This document shows positions 54,568 through 64,000 of a DNA stretch of 64,000 bases, piece after piece (position 1 is the first letter of the stretch; the number at the start of each line of letters is the position of its first letter). The notes below the pieces were generated by a model that was not told the origin of the DNA, made no database searches, and was given only the letters and a program-made list of their open reading frames with translations. Made by a program: the position numbers and the translations under genes. Source of the DNA: a virus; IMG/VR virus record IMGVR_UViG_3300023115_001620, positions 1-64,000 of that record. One strand, 5' to 3'.

Positions 54568-54983
54568 TATTTTCCCTCCTTAATAAGTGTGTCGATCTTA
54601 TGCCCATTTTGTTCAATTTTTCTTTCATTTACTTCTGGTGTTGCATCAAAGATAATCTTTTCAATCTTTAATCCTGGTATTCTTTCGTTAGGTACATAGC
54701 GCCATATATAGTCGCCATCAAATTCACCACCTTTTTTGTGTATACCAAATACAGTTTCTGTATTACCTATTTTAACTATTAGTGCTCTTTCACCGTCTAG
54801 TATAACTTTGTCGCCTTCTTTGAATGCTGGATTCATTTTGAAAGCCATGCCCTTTGCTATTTTAGTTGCATAATCTTTAAACATTAGTGTTACAACTAAT
54901 GCAACTAATGCTGCAATAAAAGGTGTTGCTAATTCTGCTAATTCAAGTCCTACGCCTCCTGCACTCATTATTTCATTTTCCAC
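54567..54983 (-). CDS. Minimal MscS-like membrane protein
   Basis: TM helix then ...G......FKEGDKV.LDG....IVKIG...T...VPN. Confidence 0.55.
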   Translation of the reverse strand: MENEIMSAGGVGLELAELATPFIAALVALVVTLMFKDYATKIAKGMAFKMNPAFKEGDKVILDGERALIVKIGNTETVFGIHKKGGEFDGDYIWRYVPNERIPGLKIEKIIFDATPEVNERKIEQNGHKIDTLIKEGK

Positions 54984-55335
54984 GTTTCTTCTCCAATGCT
55001 TTTAGTCTAGCATCTAGCTCAGGCCAAACTTCAAATTCATATAATTCTTTTGGAGGGTGACTATTAGTCTCTAGTTCACGTATACGTGCTTCTAGATCAT
55101 CAATTTTTTTAGTTACTTTTGGATATCTTTTGCGCCATGCCTCTGGATCGTCTTGAAGGAAGTCCCAACCAAAACGATCTACTAGACTATCTAGTAGTGC
55201 ATCAAATTTAGACATTAAGTATAATGCTGCGTGTGTGTTTCTAAACCACGCTAAAAATGCTGCGCCCAACAGCGATCCAGCTATTGCTGTGTAAATCCAC
55301 AGCGTATCGCCGAACATACGACTAATCATTTCCAT
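54973..55335 (-). CDS. Membrane protein (1 TM plus coiled coil)
   Basis: ATAAATA at 55355-55361 and GGAGG SD upstream. Confidence 0.7.
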   Translation of the reverse strand: MEMISRMFGDTLWIYTAIAGSLLGAAFLAWFRNTHAALYLMSKFDALLDSLVDRFGWDFLQDDPEAWRKRYPKVTKKIDDLEARIRELETNSHPPKELYEFEVWPELDARLKALEKKRGK

Positions 55336-55363
55336 TAGCTACCCTCCGCTAATGTATTTATTC

Positions 55364-56884
55364 CTATTTTTGTAAAACTTCGTTACCTATTACAACTCTG
55401 TCTATAGCAGTTTTGTGGAATATTTCCCATGCGTTACTTTTATATCCTGCAATGGGTTTTGTATTGACATTTAAACTTGTGTTTAACAGCATAGGTATTC
55501 CTGTTAGCTTTCTAAATTCTTCTATAAGTTCAGCATACAGTAAATTTTCATTACCTACAGTTTGTATACGACAAGTACCGTCTATGTGTGTAATTGGTTT
55601 AAATTTTTGTTTATCTCTAACTTTTTGAACATAAAGCATGTAAGGACTAGGTTCATCCCATTCAAAATATTCATTTGTATAATCAAGCAATATTGATGCA
55701 CCGAAAGGTCTATATGGTTCTCTAAATTTAACTTTGTTATTAATTATATCTTTTCCGTCTTTAACACTAGGGTTCATTAAAACTGATCTATTTCCTAGTG
55801 CCCTTGGACCTATTTCACCTTTGCCTTGATACCAGCCTACAATTTCTCCTCTAGCAAGTCTTTCTGCTGTTTCTTTAATAGTTTTAGAACTTGCAACCGT
55901 GTTAGGTTCTTGATCATCTTGCCAAAATGGGAATCCGTCAGTATCAAAAGGTTCAGCATCGTATATTTGTCTTAATACTTCTATACATCCTAAACTTAAT
56001 CCATCGTCTGGAGAATGCGGAGGTATATGAATATTAGGAATAACTTCTTTAATTTTAGTATTAATAACTGTATTTTGTGCGATTCCGCCTGAATATGTAA
56101 TTATTTCGTCCGGATTACAAAATTTTAAAAAATAGTTAGGATAAATTTTTTCTAAATGATCATGTATTGTACGCAACCAGTCTACCCATTTGCTTTCTTC
56201 TAAATTATTAGTACCTTTGTAAGCATACCATTTTTGTATGTTTAGAAGTTCTGCAACATCGTACATACCACAATGAGAAATTTGTTTATAAAACTCAACA
56301 TCAAAATTTCCGTAGGATTTTAGCCCCATTAATTTGCCTGCATGATCTAGCAAATAACCCTTCATACCTACATGCGAACCTATAGTACCAAAGTAGCGAC
56401 CAATACTTTCTGCTTCAGACAACTTGGCATAATGAAATACTTTTTTGTTTTTATAAATTGTATGCGAACGTTCATCATCACCAAAACCGTCAAAAACAAA
56501 GTCTGTTGTAGACTCAATACCCATAGGCCAGCAACTCATTACATGTGCATAATGATGATCTATTCTATAAATTGGACATTTAACATGATCCCAGTGAGGG
56601 TAAGAATGGTTAAGTAATTCATACGGAGCATCGTAATCATTTACTGATATACAATCATAGTTTTTATCGTCAACGACAATTCCTATTGCATCTATATCAG
56701 CAACATCAATATTCCATTCTTCTAAAACAAACAACCAATCATAAAGATTAGCAAAAGAATGATGTTTAATTTGTGTGTTTCGTTCTGTCTTTCTATATTT
56801 GACAGTAGTGCCTATAGACAAAGATATGTTTGTGTCATGTTCACACAATCTAAGCCCTAGGAAAACGGACTTATTATTAATCAT
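55364..56884 (-). CDS. Carbamoyltransferase (NodU/CmcH/TobZ family)
   Basis: HD, K.ER...KH, HH.AH, DG.GD, GKLMGL, GG.AQN, E.GPRALGNRS, K.RE.YRPF, LNTSLN. Confidence 0.92.
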   Translation of the reverse strand: MINNKSVFLGLRLCEHDTNISLSIGTTVKYRKTERNTQIKHHSFANLYDWLFVLEEWNIDVADIDAIGIVVDDKNYDCISVNDYDAPYELLNHSYPHWDHVKCPIYRIDHHYAHVMSCWPMGIESTTDFVFDGFGDDERSHTIYKNKKVFHYAKLSEAESIGRYFGTIGSHVGMKGYLLDHAGKLMGLKSYGNFDVEFYKQISHCGMYDVAELLNIQKWYAYKGTNNLEESKWVDWLRTIHDHLEKIYPNYFLKFCNPDEIITYSGGIAQNTVINTKIKEVIPNIHIPPHSPDDGLSLGCIEVLRQIYDAEPFDTDGFPFWQDDQEPNTVASSKTIKETAERLARGEIVGWYQGKGEIGPRALGNRSVLMNPSVKDGKDIINNKVKFREPYRPFGASILLDYTNEYFEWDEPSPYMLYVQKVRDKQKFKPITHIDGTCRIQTVGNENLLYAELIEEFRKLTGIPMLLNTSLNVNTKPIAGYKSNAWEIFHKTAIDRVVIGNEVLQK

Positions 56885-57359
56885 TGAATGGGTTTAAGTC
56901 TATACCTTTATTAAGTTGAGCTTCTCTTGCAGCATCTTCTTCTTCTTCAGCTTGACGCTGTGCTTCTGCTTCATCAAGAGCTTTGTTTGCTGCTTTGTAA
57001 TAGTTTTCATATGCAACAATAATCTGTTGTTGTTGCTGTACTAACGCACGAATGTCTGAAAAGTTTAATCCTAAAGCTCCATAACCGTCACCGGTTAGTG
57101 CATAGAAGGCAAATGCCTTGCCTTCGCTTTCAATACGAGCTTTTACTTCTTCGATATTATTTTCGTTAATAACAATCCACTCAATACGGCGCATGTTGAC
57201 TTCGTCAACTGGCGGTAGCACCAATTCCGGTTTATCAATCGGTTTGCTGGTTATTTGTATTACTTGTGGGGTCGTTGAGCATGCCGCGAGACTTATAAGT
57301 ATCATAAAGCCAAGGGCACTCTTTGTTAAAAGACCTTGCATTTTCTGCATTTTTCTCAT
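56877..57359 (-). CDS. Outer-membrane spanin (lipoprotein)
   Basis: Lipobox LAAC, Pro-rich linker, overlaps the i-spanin 3' end. Confidence 0.75.
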   Translation of the reverse strand: MRKMQKMQGLLTKSALGFMILISLAACSTTPQVIQITSKPIDKPELVLPPVDEVNMRRIEWIVINENNIEEVKARIESEGKAFAFYALTGDGYGALGLNFSDIRALVQQQQQIIVAYENYYKAANKALDEAEAQRQAEEEEDAAREAQLNKGIDLNPFND

Positions 57360-57738
57360 CCTCTGTTAGTTCAGCACCACTTAATAATTCAAAGCATCTG
57401 CCTGCATTTATACTACCTCTATTTACCGCTCTTTCAATTGCTGCTGGGTTAGCTATGGCTGCTGCGGTCATATCAATATCTGCTAGTTTATTTGCTAGTT
57501 CTTGATTTTGTCTACGAATATTAGCAAACTCAGTGTTTACTTTTTTTAATTCTTCATTAGCGGCAGCAAAATCCGCCGCCATTGCCTTGATTGTTTCTTC
57601 GTTTGTGGCAACTGCCAGTTCAAGTTTAGCATTGTTTTCAGTTAGTACAGCAATAGTCCGTTGTGTATCAGTGTAATACCAATATCCTATACCACCCATA
57701 GTCATTATAACAATTAAAAGCATTCCTGACAGTTTCAT
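57235..57738 (-). CDS. Inner-membrane spanin
   Basis: N-terminal TM plus long coiled coil, directly after the endolysin. Confidence 0.75.
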   Translation of the reverse strand: MKLSGMLLIVIMTMGGIGYWYYTDTQRTIAVLTENNAKLELAVATNEETIKAMAADFAAANEELKKVNTEFANIRRQNQELANKLADIDMTAAAIANPAAIERAVNRGSINAGRCFELLSGAELTEDEKNAENARSFNKECPWLYDTYKSRGMLNDPTSNTNNQQTD

Positions 57739-57741
57739 AAT

Positions 57742-58590
57742 TTAACCCTCAAACATTAATTTAAGACTTGCAGGACCCATAATACCGTCTGCTGTTAGAC
57801 CGTTTTCTTCCTGCCAAGCTTTTACGTGTGCTTCTGTGCCTCTACCAAAGACTCCATCTGCACCAATTTCTAATTCTTCTTGCACTGCACGTACTGTTGG
57901 TCCTTTTGATCCTAAACGCACTGTTTCGTACACAATAGCAGCTGGTTCCCAGTCGCCGCCTAGCACTTCCATAGCGTGTTTGTAATGCTTTTCACGATCT
58001 TCTAAACCAATGTAACCACCGTTGATACGTTTTGTAGCACCTTTGATGTCCATTGCATCTGCATACTTATTTAGACCATTTGTATCCCAGAACCAGCAAG
58101 CACTATCTAGTGCGCCTTTTTTGGTGCGCACATATTCTACTGCTTCTTCGGGTGACATGTCAACTTCTTCGCCAAACTTCGTATAGTTGTAACGACCTGT
58201 AAGTTGTAGAATGCCGCCGCCTCTAAATGTCCAGCCGTCGCCTGAATCAATATCGCCATTGTCCATTCTGTTTGCATAAATTACATTTGCAATCTTGCGT
58301 GGTTGTCTGTGATATTCTTGAGCATCTCTACCTGCCCTTTCAAAATATTTTGGAAATATTGCGTTAAGTGCTTTTGCACTATAATTTAAATTTTCACTTA
58401 GTACTTTAAAATTGTTTGATTCATGTCCACACTGTGCAATAAACATCGCTACACGCTCTGCAGAGTCAACCTCCCAAAGAGGAAGTATTTCACACATTGC
58501 ATCGTACCAATCTTCTGCTTCTTCGTTTCCGCGAAGCAATTCTATCACCATTTCTTCGGTGAATTCAAAGCCAAAATCTTCTGCTGCCAT
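57742..58590 (-). CDS. GH19 endolysin with C-terminal peptidoglycan-binding domain
   Basis: F.AQ..HES, ENLNYSA, GDG..FRG.G..QLTGR.NY, INGG..GL.DR; ADG.FG..T...VK.WQ...GL.ADGI.G. Confidence 0.92.
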   Translation of the reverse strand: MAAEDFGFEFTEEMVIELLRGNEEAEDWYDAMCEILPLWEVDSAERVAMFIAQCGHESNNFKVLSENLNYSAKALNAIFPKYFERAGRDAQEYHRQPRKIANVIYANRMDNGDIDSGDGWTFRGGGILQLTGRYNYTKFGEEVDMSPEEAVEYVRTKKGALDSACWFWDTNGLNKYADAMDIKGATKRINGGYIGLEDREKHYKHAMEVLGGDWEPAAIVYETVRLGSKGPTVRAVQEELEIGADGVFGRGTEAHVKAWQEENGLTADGIMGPASLKLMFEG

Positions 58591-58601
58591 TTTTTTATCC
58601 T

Positions 58602-59321
58602 TTATACTACAATCCTTTCAAGAACAAGAGTGTGCCCCTCATTTTCGAAAGTTAACTTACGCCCATATTTAGTAATATTGTAGTCGCCTATATACTTTGT
58701 AAGAAAAATAATTTCTGCAAAGTCGTCAGCGTTAAAAGATTCTGTAATAGAATCCAGTGTTTCTTGTGTCGGCCCTATATCTTTAAATTCAAATGCTATT
58801 GGATCTGCATATGCTTTTTTAATAACAAGCATATTGTCTTCCATATACACTTCTTCTACAAAACTTTTATCAAAAAAGTTTTTGTAATTTTGTAATCTTG
58901 TTTCTTGTATTGCAACGTCATAATCGTCTGCGGTTGTTGGCAGAAATTCTTGTAAATTTTCTTGTGAAAAACTTTGGCTCTTAAAGTTTTTGTAATATCT
59001 GAATCTCATATCATTAGTGTCAGCAAGTTTTGATACACCATCTATCAATTCCATTATATTGTCTGACGCATCATCAGTTCTTTCAATTTCTACAAAAACT
59101 TTGTAAGTACCGTCGCTAGTTTCTCCCGAAGTAGCGTCAGCATCTAAAACAAATGAATAACCTCTTTCAAAAAAGTTACTCATGTCAGTTGCCGATTCGC
59201 CTGTTTTTGTACTAAATGCTATTGTGATAATATCAGAGTCGGAGCCCATCTTACTTTTATATGAATCTATTTCTACAACCTTATCGACAAGGTGTTGTAA
59301 ATCTCCTGTACGCAAAGTCAT
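58602..59321 (-). CDS. Hypothetical protein
   Basis: 239 aa, coupled. Confidence 0.75.
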   Translation of the reverse strand: MTLRTGDLQHLVDKVVEIDSYKSKMGSDSDIITIAFSTKTGESATDMSNFFERGYSFVLDADATSGETSDGTYKVFVEIERTDDASDNIMELIDGVSKLADTNDMRFRYYKNFKSQSFSQENLQEFLPTTADDYDVAIQETRLQNYKNFFDKSFVEEVYMEDNMLVIKKAYADPIAFEFKDIGPTQETLDSITESFNADDFAEIIFLTKYIGDYNITKYGRKLTFENEGHTLVLERIVV

Positions 59322-59845
59322 TATTCAGCTCCCTCTGGTGCTTCTGCAGCCAGTTCGTCTGCTTGCTGCGCTTCTGGTGCAGGTGCCATTGTATCAGCAG
59401 TTGCAGACATGTCGTCTAAATAACCTGTATATATGTCAGCAATTAGTTTCTTTGGCATCATTATTTCAACTACCCATATAGGATGTCTGTCTAGTTTACC
59501 TTTTTTAGTACCTGGGCGAATATCATCTGGCGATTCAATTTTACGTGGTAATATTAAAGACGTCTTTTTGTATTTTACTTTACAGTCATAATCTATAAGA
59601 CGCTTTCCGCCCATTGGATCTGGCATTTTATCTTCAGGCCAATAAAAGCTGCATGTTACCCAATGCCGTCCAATGTTTGGTCCTTCTGCTAGTTCTCCAT
59701 CTTCCCAATTTTTATACACATAAAGGTCTAAATGGTCAAGCACTCTCTCAAAATCTTTTAACACTTTGAAAGCTGTATTAGAATCATAGATTGATTCTAT
59801 GTTTTTGATTATGTCTAATGAATCATGCATATTGAAACCTATCAC
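59321..59845 (-). CDS. Hypothetical protein
   Basis: Late ATAAATA (59853-59859) upstream; start may be ATG 59830. Confidence 0.75.
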   Translation of the reverse strand: MIGFNMHDSLDIIKNIESIYDSNTAFKVLKDFERVLDHLDLYVYKNWEDGELAEGPNIGRHWVTCSFYWPEDKMPDPMGGKRLIDYDCKVKYKKTSLILPRKIESPDDIRPGTKKGKLDRHPIWVVEIMMPKKLIADIYTGYLDDMSATADTMAPAPEAQQADELAAEAPEGAE

Positions 59846-59924
59846 TTTATATTATTTATCTGAAAAGACTACTTATGATTTTTTTGTAAAGAGAAAACAA
59901 AGTGTTTTTTATAGTATTCAAACT

Positions 59925-59932
59925 TATAAATA
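59925..59932 (+). promoter_or_regulatory. T4 late consensus TATAAATA upstream of phoH
   Basis: Exact TATAAATA, then hairpin AGTGTGT-TCT-ACACACT and AGGAGG SD. Confidence 0.7.
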
Positions 59933-59995
59933 CATTTGTAGAGCAAGTGTGTTCTACACACTGCGTTCTACTCCACATCCAAAGGAGGACACTTA

Positions 59996-60718
59996 ATGGG
60001 TGCAAAGAGAAAGGCTGCCCGGCAGTCAAAAAATAACTATAGTAATGTAGTTAACGTCAACTTTACAACACAAAAACAACAACAAGTAAAAATACTTCCA
60101 AGAAATAGAAATCAAGAACAATATGTACTTCAATTGTTAGACGAAACCAAAGACATAGTATTTGGAATCGGTCCTGCAGGTACGGGTAAAACACTACTTG
60201 CAGTACAGGTCGCAGTTAAACTATTCAAGGAAGGGCAAATTGATAAGATCATTGTTACAAGACCTGCTGTTAGCGTAGATGAAGACTTAGGCTTCTTACC
60301 AGGAACACTAGAACAAAAAATGGCTCCATGGACTAGACCTATATTTGACGTACTAAGAGAATATTTCAATGCAAGAGAAATAGAAGGCATGATCGAAGAG
60401 GGTATAATTGAAATAGCGCCACTAGCATATATGAGAGGTAGAACTTTTAAAAACAGTTTTATACTTGCTGATGAAATGCAGAACGCTACTCAAAATCAAA
60501 TGAAAATGCTACTTACACGTCTAGGCGAAGGCTCTATGATGGCTGTAACAGGCGATCTAGCTCAAGCAGATAGACTAAAGGATAATGGTCTAATAGACTT
60601 TACAGACCGTCTTGCAGAAGCAAATTTATCTCATATAGATATTGTAAACTTTGGACAAGGAGATATAGAAAGACACGAAGCTGTAAAAGAAGTTCTCAAG
60701 ATTTATGGTGATGAATAA
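59996..60718 (+). CDS. phoH: PhoH-family ATPase
   Basis: GPAGTGKT, LGFLPG, YMRGRTF, DEMQN, TGD..Q.D, RH. Confidence 0.95.
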   Translation: MGAKRKAARQSKNNYSNVVNVNFTTQKQQQVKILPRNRNQEQYVLQLLDETKDIVFGIGPAGTGKTLLAVQVAVKLFKEGQIDKIIVTRPAVSVDEDLGFLPGTLEQKMAPWTRPIFDVLREYFNAREIEGMIEEGIIEIAPLAYMRGRTFKNSFILADEMQNATQNQMKMLLTRLGEGSMMAVTGDLAQADRLKDNGLIDFTDRLAEANLSHIDIVNFGQGDIERHEAVKEVLKIYGDE

Positions 60719-61136
60719 CTGTAATATTTGACTTCTCTAAAAATTTAATTCCCTGTGTACTACGATATTCATTTTTGTAGTACACAGTTGATATACCACT
60801 TTGATAAATGAGCTTGGAACACTCTATGCAAGGTGAGTGTGTGATAAAAATAGTTGCCCCTTCACCGCTTTCAGAAGATCTGGCAAGTTTAGCAATCGCA
60901 TTTGATTCTGCGTGAAGCACTTCCTTTTTGCTTTTGGTAATAGTATTACCCCATTCGTCTTCACCGTACCATTCCTCACAGCAGTTATCCCAGCCACTGG
61001 GCATACCATTGTAGCCAATGGAGATAATACGATCATCTTTTACAACAATCGCTCCTACTTGTAGACGTTTGGCACTACTTAGTTGTGCAAAACGTTCAGC
61101 AACGTCCATATATGCATTTATAAACTTACTTTTCAT
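60696..61136 (-). CDS. dCMP deaminase
   Basis: GYNG.P.G, HAE.NAI, PCIEC. Confidence 0.92.
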   Translation of the reverse strand: MKSKFINAYMDVAERFAQLSSAKRLQVGAIVVKDDRIISIGYNGMPSGWDNCCEEWYGEDEWGNTITKSKKEVLHAESNAIAKLARSSESGEGATIFITHSPCIECSKLIYQSGISTVYYKNEYRSTQGIKFLEKSNITVIHHHKS

Positions 61137-61362
61137 TATTTTCTTTCTTTAGCAAGTACAACAAATATTCGTTTTGCGTATAATTTAAAGTCCAACTACG
61201 TCCTTGTATTGGAGGTCTGCCAGTTTCGTCAAAATATATGTGTAATTCTATATATTTTTTTAACCATATACGTTTTTTACTAAAACTACTTTTGACAGGC
61301 AACCAAGCAAATTTTTCTTTAGGCTCCTCTACTCTATCAAAGAATGCACTTATATGCTTCAT
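61126..61362 (-). CDS. Hypothetical protein
   Basis: FAWLPV...IWL motif, coupled. Confidence 0.6.
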   Translation of the reverse strand: MKHISAFFDRVEEPKEKFAWLPVKSSFSKKRIWLKKYIELHIYFDETGRPPIQGRSWTLNYTQNEYLLYLLKKENNEK

Positions 61363-61580
61363 CCTATTCCTAATAATCTAAGTATAATAGGCAAACCAAA
61401 TATAAAAAATAATAAAAGATAAAAATTAAATTTTAAGCGTGTAAGTTCTCGCTCTAGTTTTAAAATTTTAAATGCTGCACCTTCAACATAGCGTTCCCAG
61501 TCATCCATTTGCATTGTTTTACGAGCAACTTCTTTTGCTTCTCGTTGTAATTCGTAGTTTTCTTCGTCGTTATTAAACAT
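61359..61580 (-). CDS. Small membrane-anchored protein
   Basis: C-terminal TM. Confidence 0.6.
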   Translation of the reverse strand: MFNNDEENYELQREAKEVARKTMQMDDWERYVEGAAFKILKLERELTRLKFNFYLLLFFIFGLPIILRLLGIG

Positions 61581-61581
61581 G

Positions 61582-62448
61582 TTATACCGCCATTGGTGCT
61601 TTAATACTATCCATTGGAGTATAATTTATAAGTTTATACTGATCTGGAGTAGTTTTTACAAGTTCATCTAAATCTGTAAATGCAGGCATTATCAAACTAG
61701 GTCCGCTTTGAGGAGTTCTTGTAATTTGTTCCTTAACTTGTTCCATATGATTTTGATAGATGTGACAATCGCCACCAGTCCATACAAAATCACCTACTTT
61801 TAAATTAAGCAACTGTGCAAACATATGCGTCAATAAACTGTAACTTGCAATGTTAAATGGAACACCTAAGAACATATCTGCTGAACGTTGATATAATTGA
61901 CAACTTAGTTCACCGTCTTGTATATGAAACTGGAATAGTGTGTGACAAGGCGGAAGTGCCATGACATTTACTCTATCAGCATTCCACGCACTTACAATGT
62001 GACGTCTACTATCTGGGTCATAATACATATTTTCAAGCACTTCTGCAATTTGGTCGACAAACCCTAGTTGTGCATCCCACTTACGCCATTGGTGTCCATA
62101 TACAGGGCCTAGGTCTTTAGTTGTATCGTCGTTGATATACCCCAAATCTTTACCTTGTGCATCTGCATTAGCAGTCCAAATGGTTGTTTTGCCTACAAGT
62201 TCTTCTCTCGGCTTGCCATAGTGTATTTCAGCAAGTCTACGCTCGTCACTAGATCCTTCTAGCATCCAAAGTAGCTCGCTTACTACACTCTTCCATGCAA
62301 GCTTCTTTGTTGTTACAGCAGGGAATTCATTCCGCAAATCAAAACGCATTTGATAGCCAAAAACACCTCGTGTGCCTACACCTGTTCTATCACTGCGATC
62401 ATTACCGTTTTCTATTATATATTTTAGTGCATCAAGATACTGTTTCAC
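61582..62448 (-). CDS. thyA: Thymidylate synthase
   Basis: DRTG.GT, TTKK, GPVYG.QWR, SRR, LPPCH, YQRS.D..LG.PFN; GTG start after GGAG. Confidence 0.96.
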   Translation of the reverse strand: MKQYLDALKYIIENGNDRSDRTGVGTRGVFGYQMRFDLRNEFPAVTTKKLAWKSVVSELLWMLEGSSDERRLAEIHYGKPREELVGKTTIWTANADAQGKDLGYINDDTTKDLGPVYGHQWRKWDAQLGFVDQIAEVLENMYYDPDSRRHIVSAWNADRVNVMALPPCHTLFQFHIQDGELSCQLYQRSADMFLGVPFNIASYSLLTHMFAQLLNLKVGDFVWTGGDCHIYQNHMEQVKEQITRTPQSGPSLIMPAFTDLDELVKTTPDQYKLINYTPMDSIKAPMAV

Positions 62449-62929
62449 GTTTACTCCAAATTTCAAATGTCACGCCATCCTTTTCTTCACACCAAGATCT
62501 TTCAAATAATGTTTCGATCTTTTTTAATGGTAGATGCGTGTCGCATTCATATTCTCCTGGAATACGACTTAAATAAAATTCGTCAATTACTCCTAGTGTT
62601 TGTTCAATAATGTTTGGACCACCAATGATCCAGGTAATTAAACCAGGTGATTCTATTTCTAAACTGCGTACACCTGCACATAGATCGCCATTAATATAAC
62701 CATGTGCTCCAGGATAATCAGTTTCTTTGCTAGTTGCTAGTACATTTACACGTTTAGGCAAAGGTCGAGGCATGTGAGGATCTTTCCAAGTGGTAGATCC
62801 CATTACAACAATATGTCCTGCTGTGTTGTCTTTAAACCATTTTAAGTCTGTGCTATTGTGTGGCCATGGTAGTGTACCATCTTTACTTACTCCACCTTTA
62901 TCATCACACGCTAAAATTGCACGTATCAT
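62432..62929 (-). CDS. folA: Dihydrofolate reductase
   Basis: G.LPW...DL..FK..T, MG..TW, PLP.R.N, IIGG, CDT. Confidence 0.93.
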   Translation of the reverse strand: MIRAILACDDKGGVSKDGTLPWPHNSTDLKWFKDNTAGHIVVMGSTTWKDPHMPRPLPKRVNVLATSKETDYPGAHGYINGDLCAGVRSLEIESPGLITWIIGGPNIIEQTLGVIDEFYLSRIPGEYECDTHLPLKKIETLFERSWCEEKDGVTFEIWSKRETVS

Positions 62930-63276
62930 TAAACATCTCCTTCCCCTGCTGCTGGACTTAGAAGTTCTAATTTGTTAGGCACATCTTCCCAATCAACTGC
63001 ATCGGGTAATGAGCCTTTTGATTGTGTAATTACAGGCCAAATATTTGCATAGCGGTCGTTTATTTCAATCCATTTTATTCGTTCTGGTTCTGACAAGTCA
63101 CTGTCTGCAACAATAGCATCAATAGGACATTCTGGAACACAAACTCCGCAATCTATACATTCGTTAGGATTGATTACTAAAAAGTTTTCACCTTCATAAA
63201 AACAGTCTACAGGACATACTTCTACGCAATCAGTATGTTTACACTTAATACAATTTTCTGTAACTAGATATGTCAT
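62929..63276 (-). CDS. fdxA: 7Fe ferredoxin (FdxA-type)
   Basis: [18 protein letters not shown] and [12 protein letters not shown]. Confidence 0.93.
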   Translation of the reverse strand: MTYLVTENCIKCKHTDCVEVCPVDCFYEGENFLVINPNECIDCGVCVPECPIDAIVADSDLSEPERIKWIEINDRYANIWPVITQSKGSLPDAVDWEDVPNKLELLSPAAGEGDV

Positions 63277-64000
63277 TATATCCTCGCAAGGCGAATTAAT
63301 GTCGCCGCTAAATTAATTTCAGGATCCACAACAAGCGTGTGATCAACCATTCCTTGTTTAATTGTTAGAACTGCTGTATCTTGTTTTTCTTCGTCACCGA
63401 ACAATTCAATGTTATCATACAGCCAACGATACACTTCTTCCATCTCTTCTGGACGGATGGCTCCGCACAAGAGTTTACGTGCTTCTTGAATCTTGCCTGC
63501 TTTAAACAGTTCAACCATTTCAAGTTTCCAGTCGCTTTCGCCAGTGTCACCTTCATTAGGTTTGTTCAATACACCGTCAACGCTATTCATTTGTACAGTG
63601 TTGATACACTTACGCAAGTCTGGGTAAGTTGCTTTTACGTATGTATCAAGTGTATCCAAATCAGGAGTAACACCTTCAGTGATAAGAATTTCAGCAACTC
63701 TAGCTGTGAACTCAGTTTGGTCAATTTTAGCAATGTGGAAACCTTGACACCTACTGTGCAAAGCGGGTATAACACGATTTGGATAGTTACAAGTAAGAAT
63801 AAAACGAGCAGTAGTATGATACTCCTCCATAACACCACGCAGTGCCGCTTGAGCGTTTGGAGATAAGTAGTCAGCTTCATCTAATAGTACCACCTTAAAC
63901 TCGCCAAATGGAATCATTTGAACAAAGTTTACAATTTTATCACGTACATCGTCTACTGAGTTTGTACGACTTGCGTTTATTTCTAGTATGTCTAGGTCAT
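63276..64000 (-). CDS. Clamp loader AAA+ subunit (RFC/gp44-like), 5' end outside window
   Basis: EINAS, LLDEAD.L...AQ.ALR..ME, LTCNY, SRC. Confidence 0.9.
   Translation of the reverse strand, partial: DLDILEINASRTNSVDDVRDKIVNFVQMIPFGEFKVVLLDEADYLSPNAQAALRGVMEEYHTTARFILTCNYPNRVIPALHSRCQGFHIAKIDQTEFTARVAEILITEGVTPDLDTLDTYVKATYPDLRKCINTVQMNSVDGVLNKPNEGDTGESDWKLEMVELFKAGKIQEARKLLCGAIRPEEMEEVYRWLYDNIELFGDEEKQDTAVLTIKQGMVDHTLVVDPEINLAATLIRLARI

Noticed and set aside
61582-62448. ThyA as a dCMP or dUMP hydroxymethylase for pyrimidine hypermodification
   Set aside because: Canonical ThyA motifs, including the Asn of PFN, plus adjacent DHFR and dCMP deaminase fit ordinary dTMP synthesis.
335-63880. 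Many short antisense or alternate-frame ORFs in the track
   Set aside because: They lie inside well-supported genes, lack SD sequences and motifs, and are expected shadows of codon bias.
1-64000. Eukaryotic giant virus origin (P450, MBD4-like, PMM, RFC-like and PolB genes)
   Set aside because: Peptidoglycan endolysin, spanins, SD sequences, sigma70 promoters and overlapping operons indicate a bacteriophage.
1-64000. Stop-codon reassignment
   Set aside because: Core genes are full length in the standard code, and TAA, TAG and TGA all end genes at coupled junctions.
1-64000. tRNA genes, rRNA, CRISPR arrays, integrase or transposase
   Set aside because: None recognised by eye; intergenic gaps are short and explained by promoters, terminators or small ORFs. 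tRNAscan was not run.

Overview
This is a 64-kb internal segment of a large, AT-rich, tailed dsDNA bacteriophage (jumbo or T4-like organisation, standard genetic code). A GH19 endolysin with an overlapping i-/o-spanin pair indicates a Gram-negative host. Sigma70-type early promoters and T4-like late ATAAATA promoters are both present. Layout: (1) 1-7 kb, + strand: glycan and nucleotide-sugar modification genes. (2) 7.0-14.6 kb, + strand: a compact cluster resembling a secondary-metabolite pathway (cytochrome P450, GNAT, flavin halogenase, truncated adenylation enzyme, B12-type radical SAM, 2OG hydroxylase, methyltransferase, two His-rich membrane miniproteins), bounded by a late promoter and a bidirectional terminator. 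(3) 14.6-26 kb, - strand: tail-fibre-like protein, MoxR-AAA/vWA pair, amidinotransferase insert, RNase H/FEN, MBD4-like glycosylase. (4) 26.8-36 kb: 7-deazaguanine DNA-modification region (queE, folE, queD-like, TGT/DpdA-like; no queC seen) interleaved with a GT-B glycosyltransferase, PRTase, HIT and cupin. (5) 36-42.7 kb: clamp-like protein, sugar enzymes, family B DNA polymerase. (6) 42.8-50.3 kb: probable capsid-internal modular proteins, one with a -1 frameshift at A-AAA-AAG. (7) 51-58.6 kb: ClpA, DnaJ and the lysis cassette, interrupted by a carbamoyltransferase. (8) 60-64 kb: PhoH, dCMP deaminase, ThyA, DHFR, 7Fe ferredoxin and clamp loader. Several late promoters sit inside hairpins that would mask translation starts. 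All family calls come from motif recognition by eye; no database searches were run.
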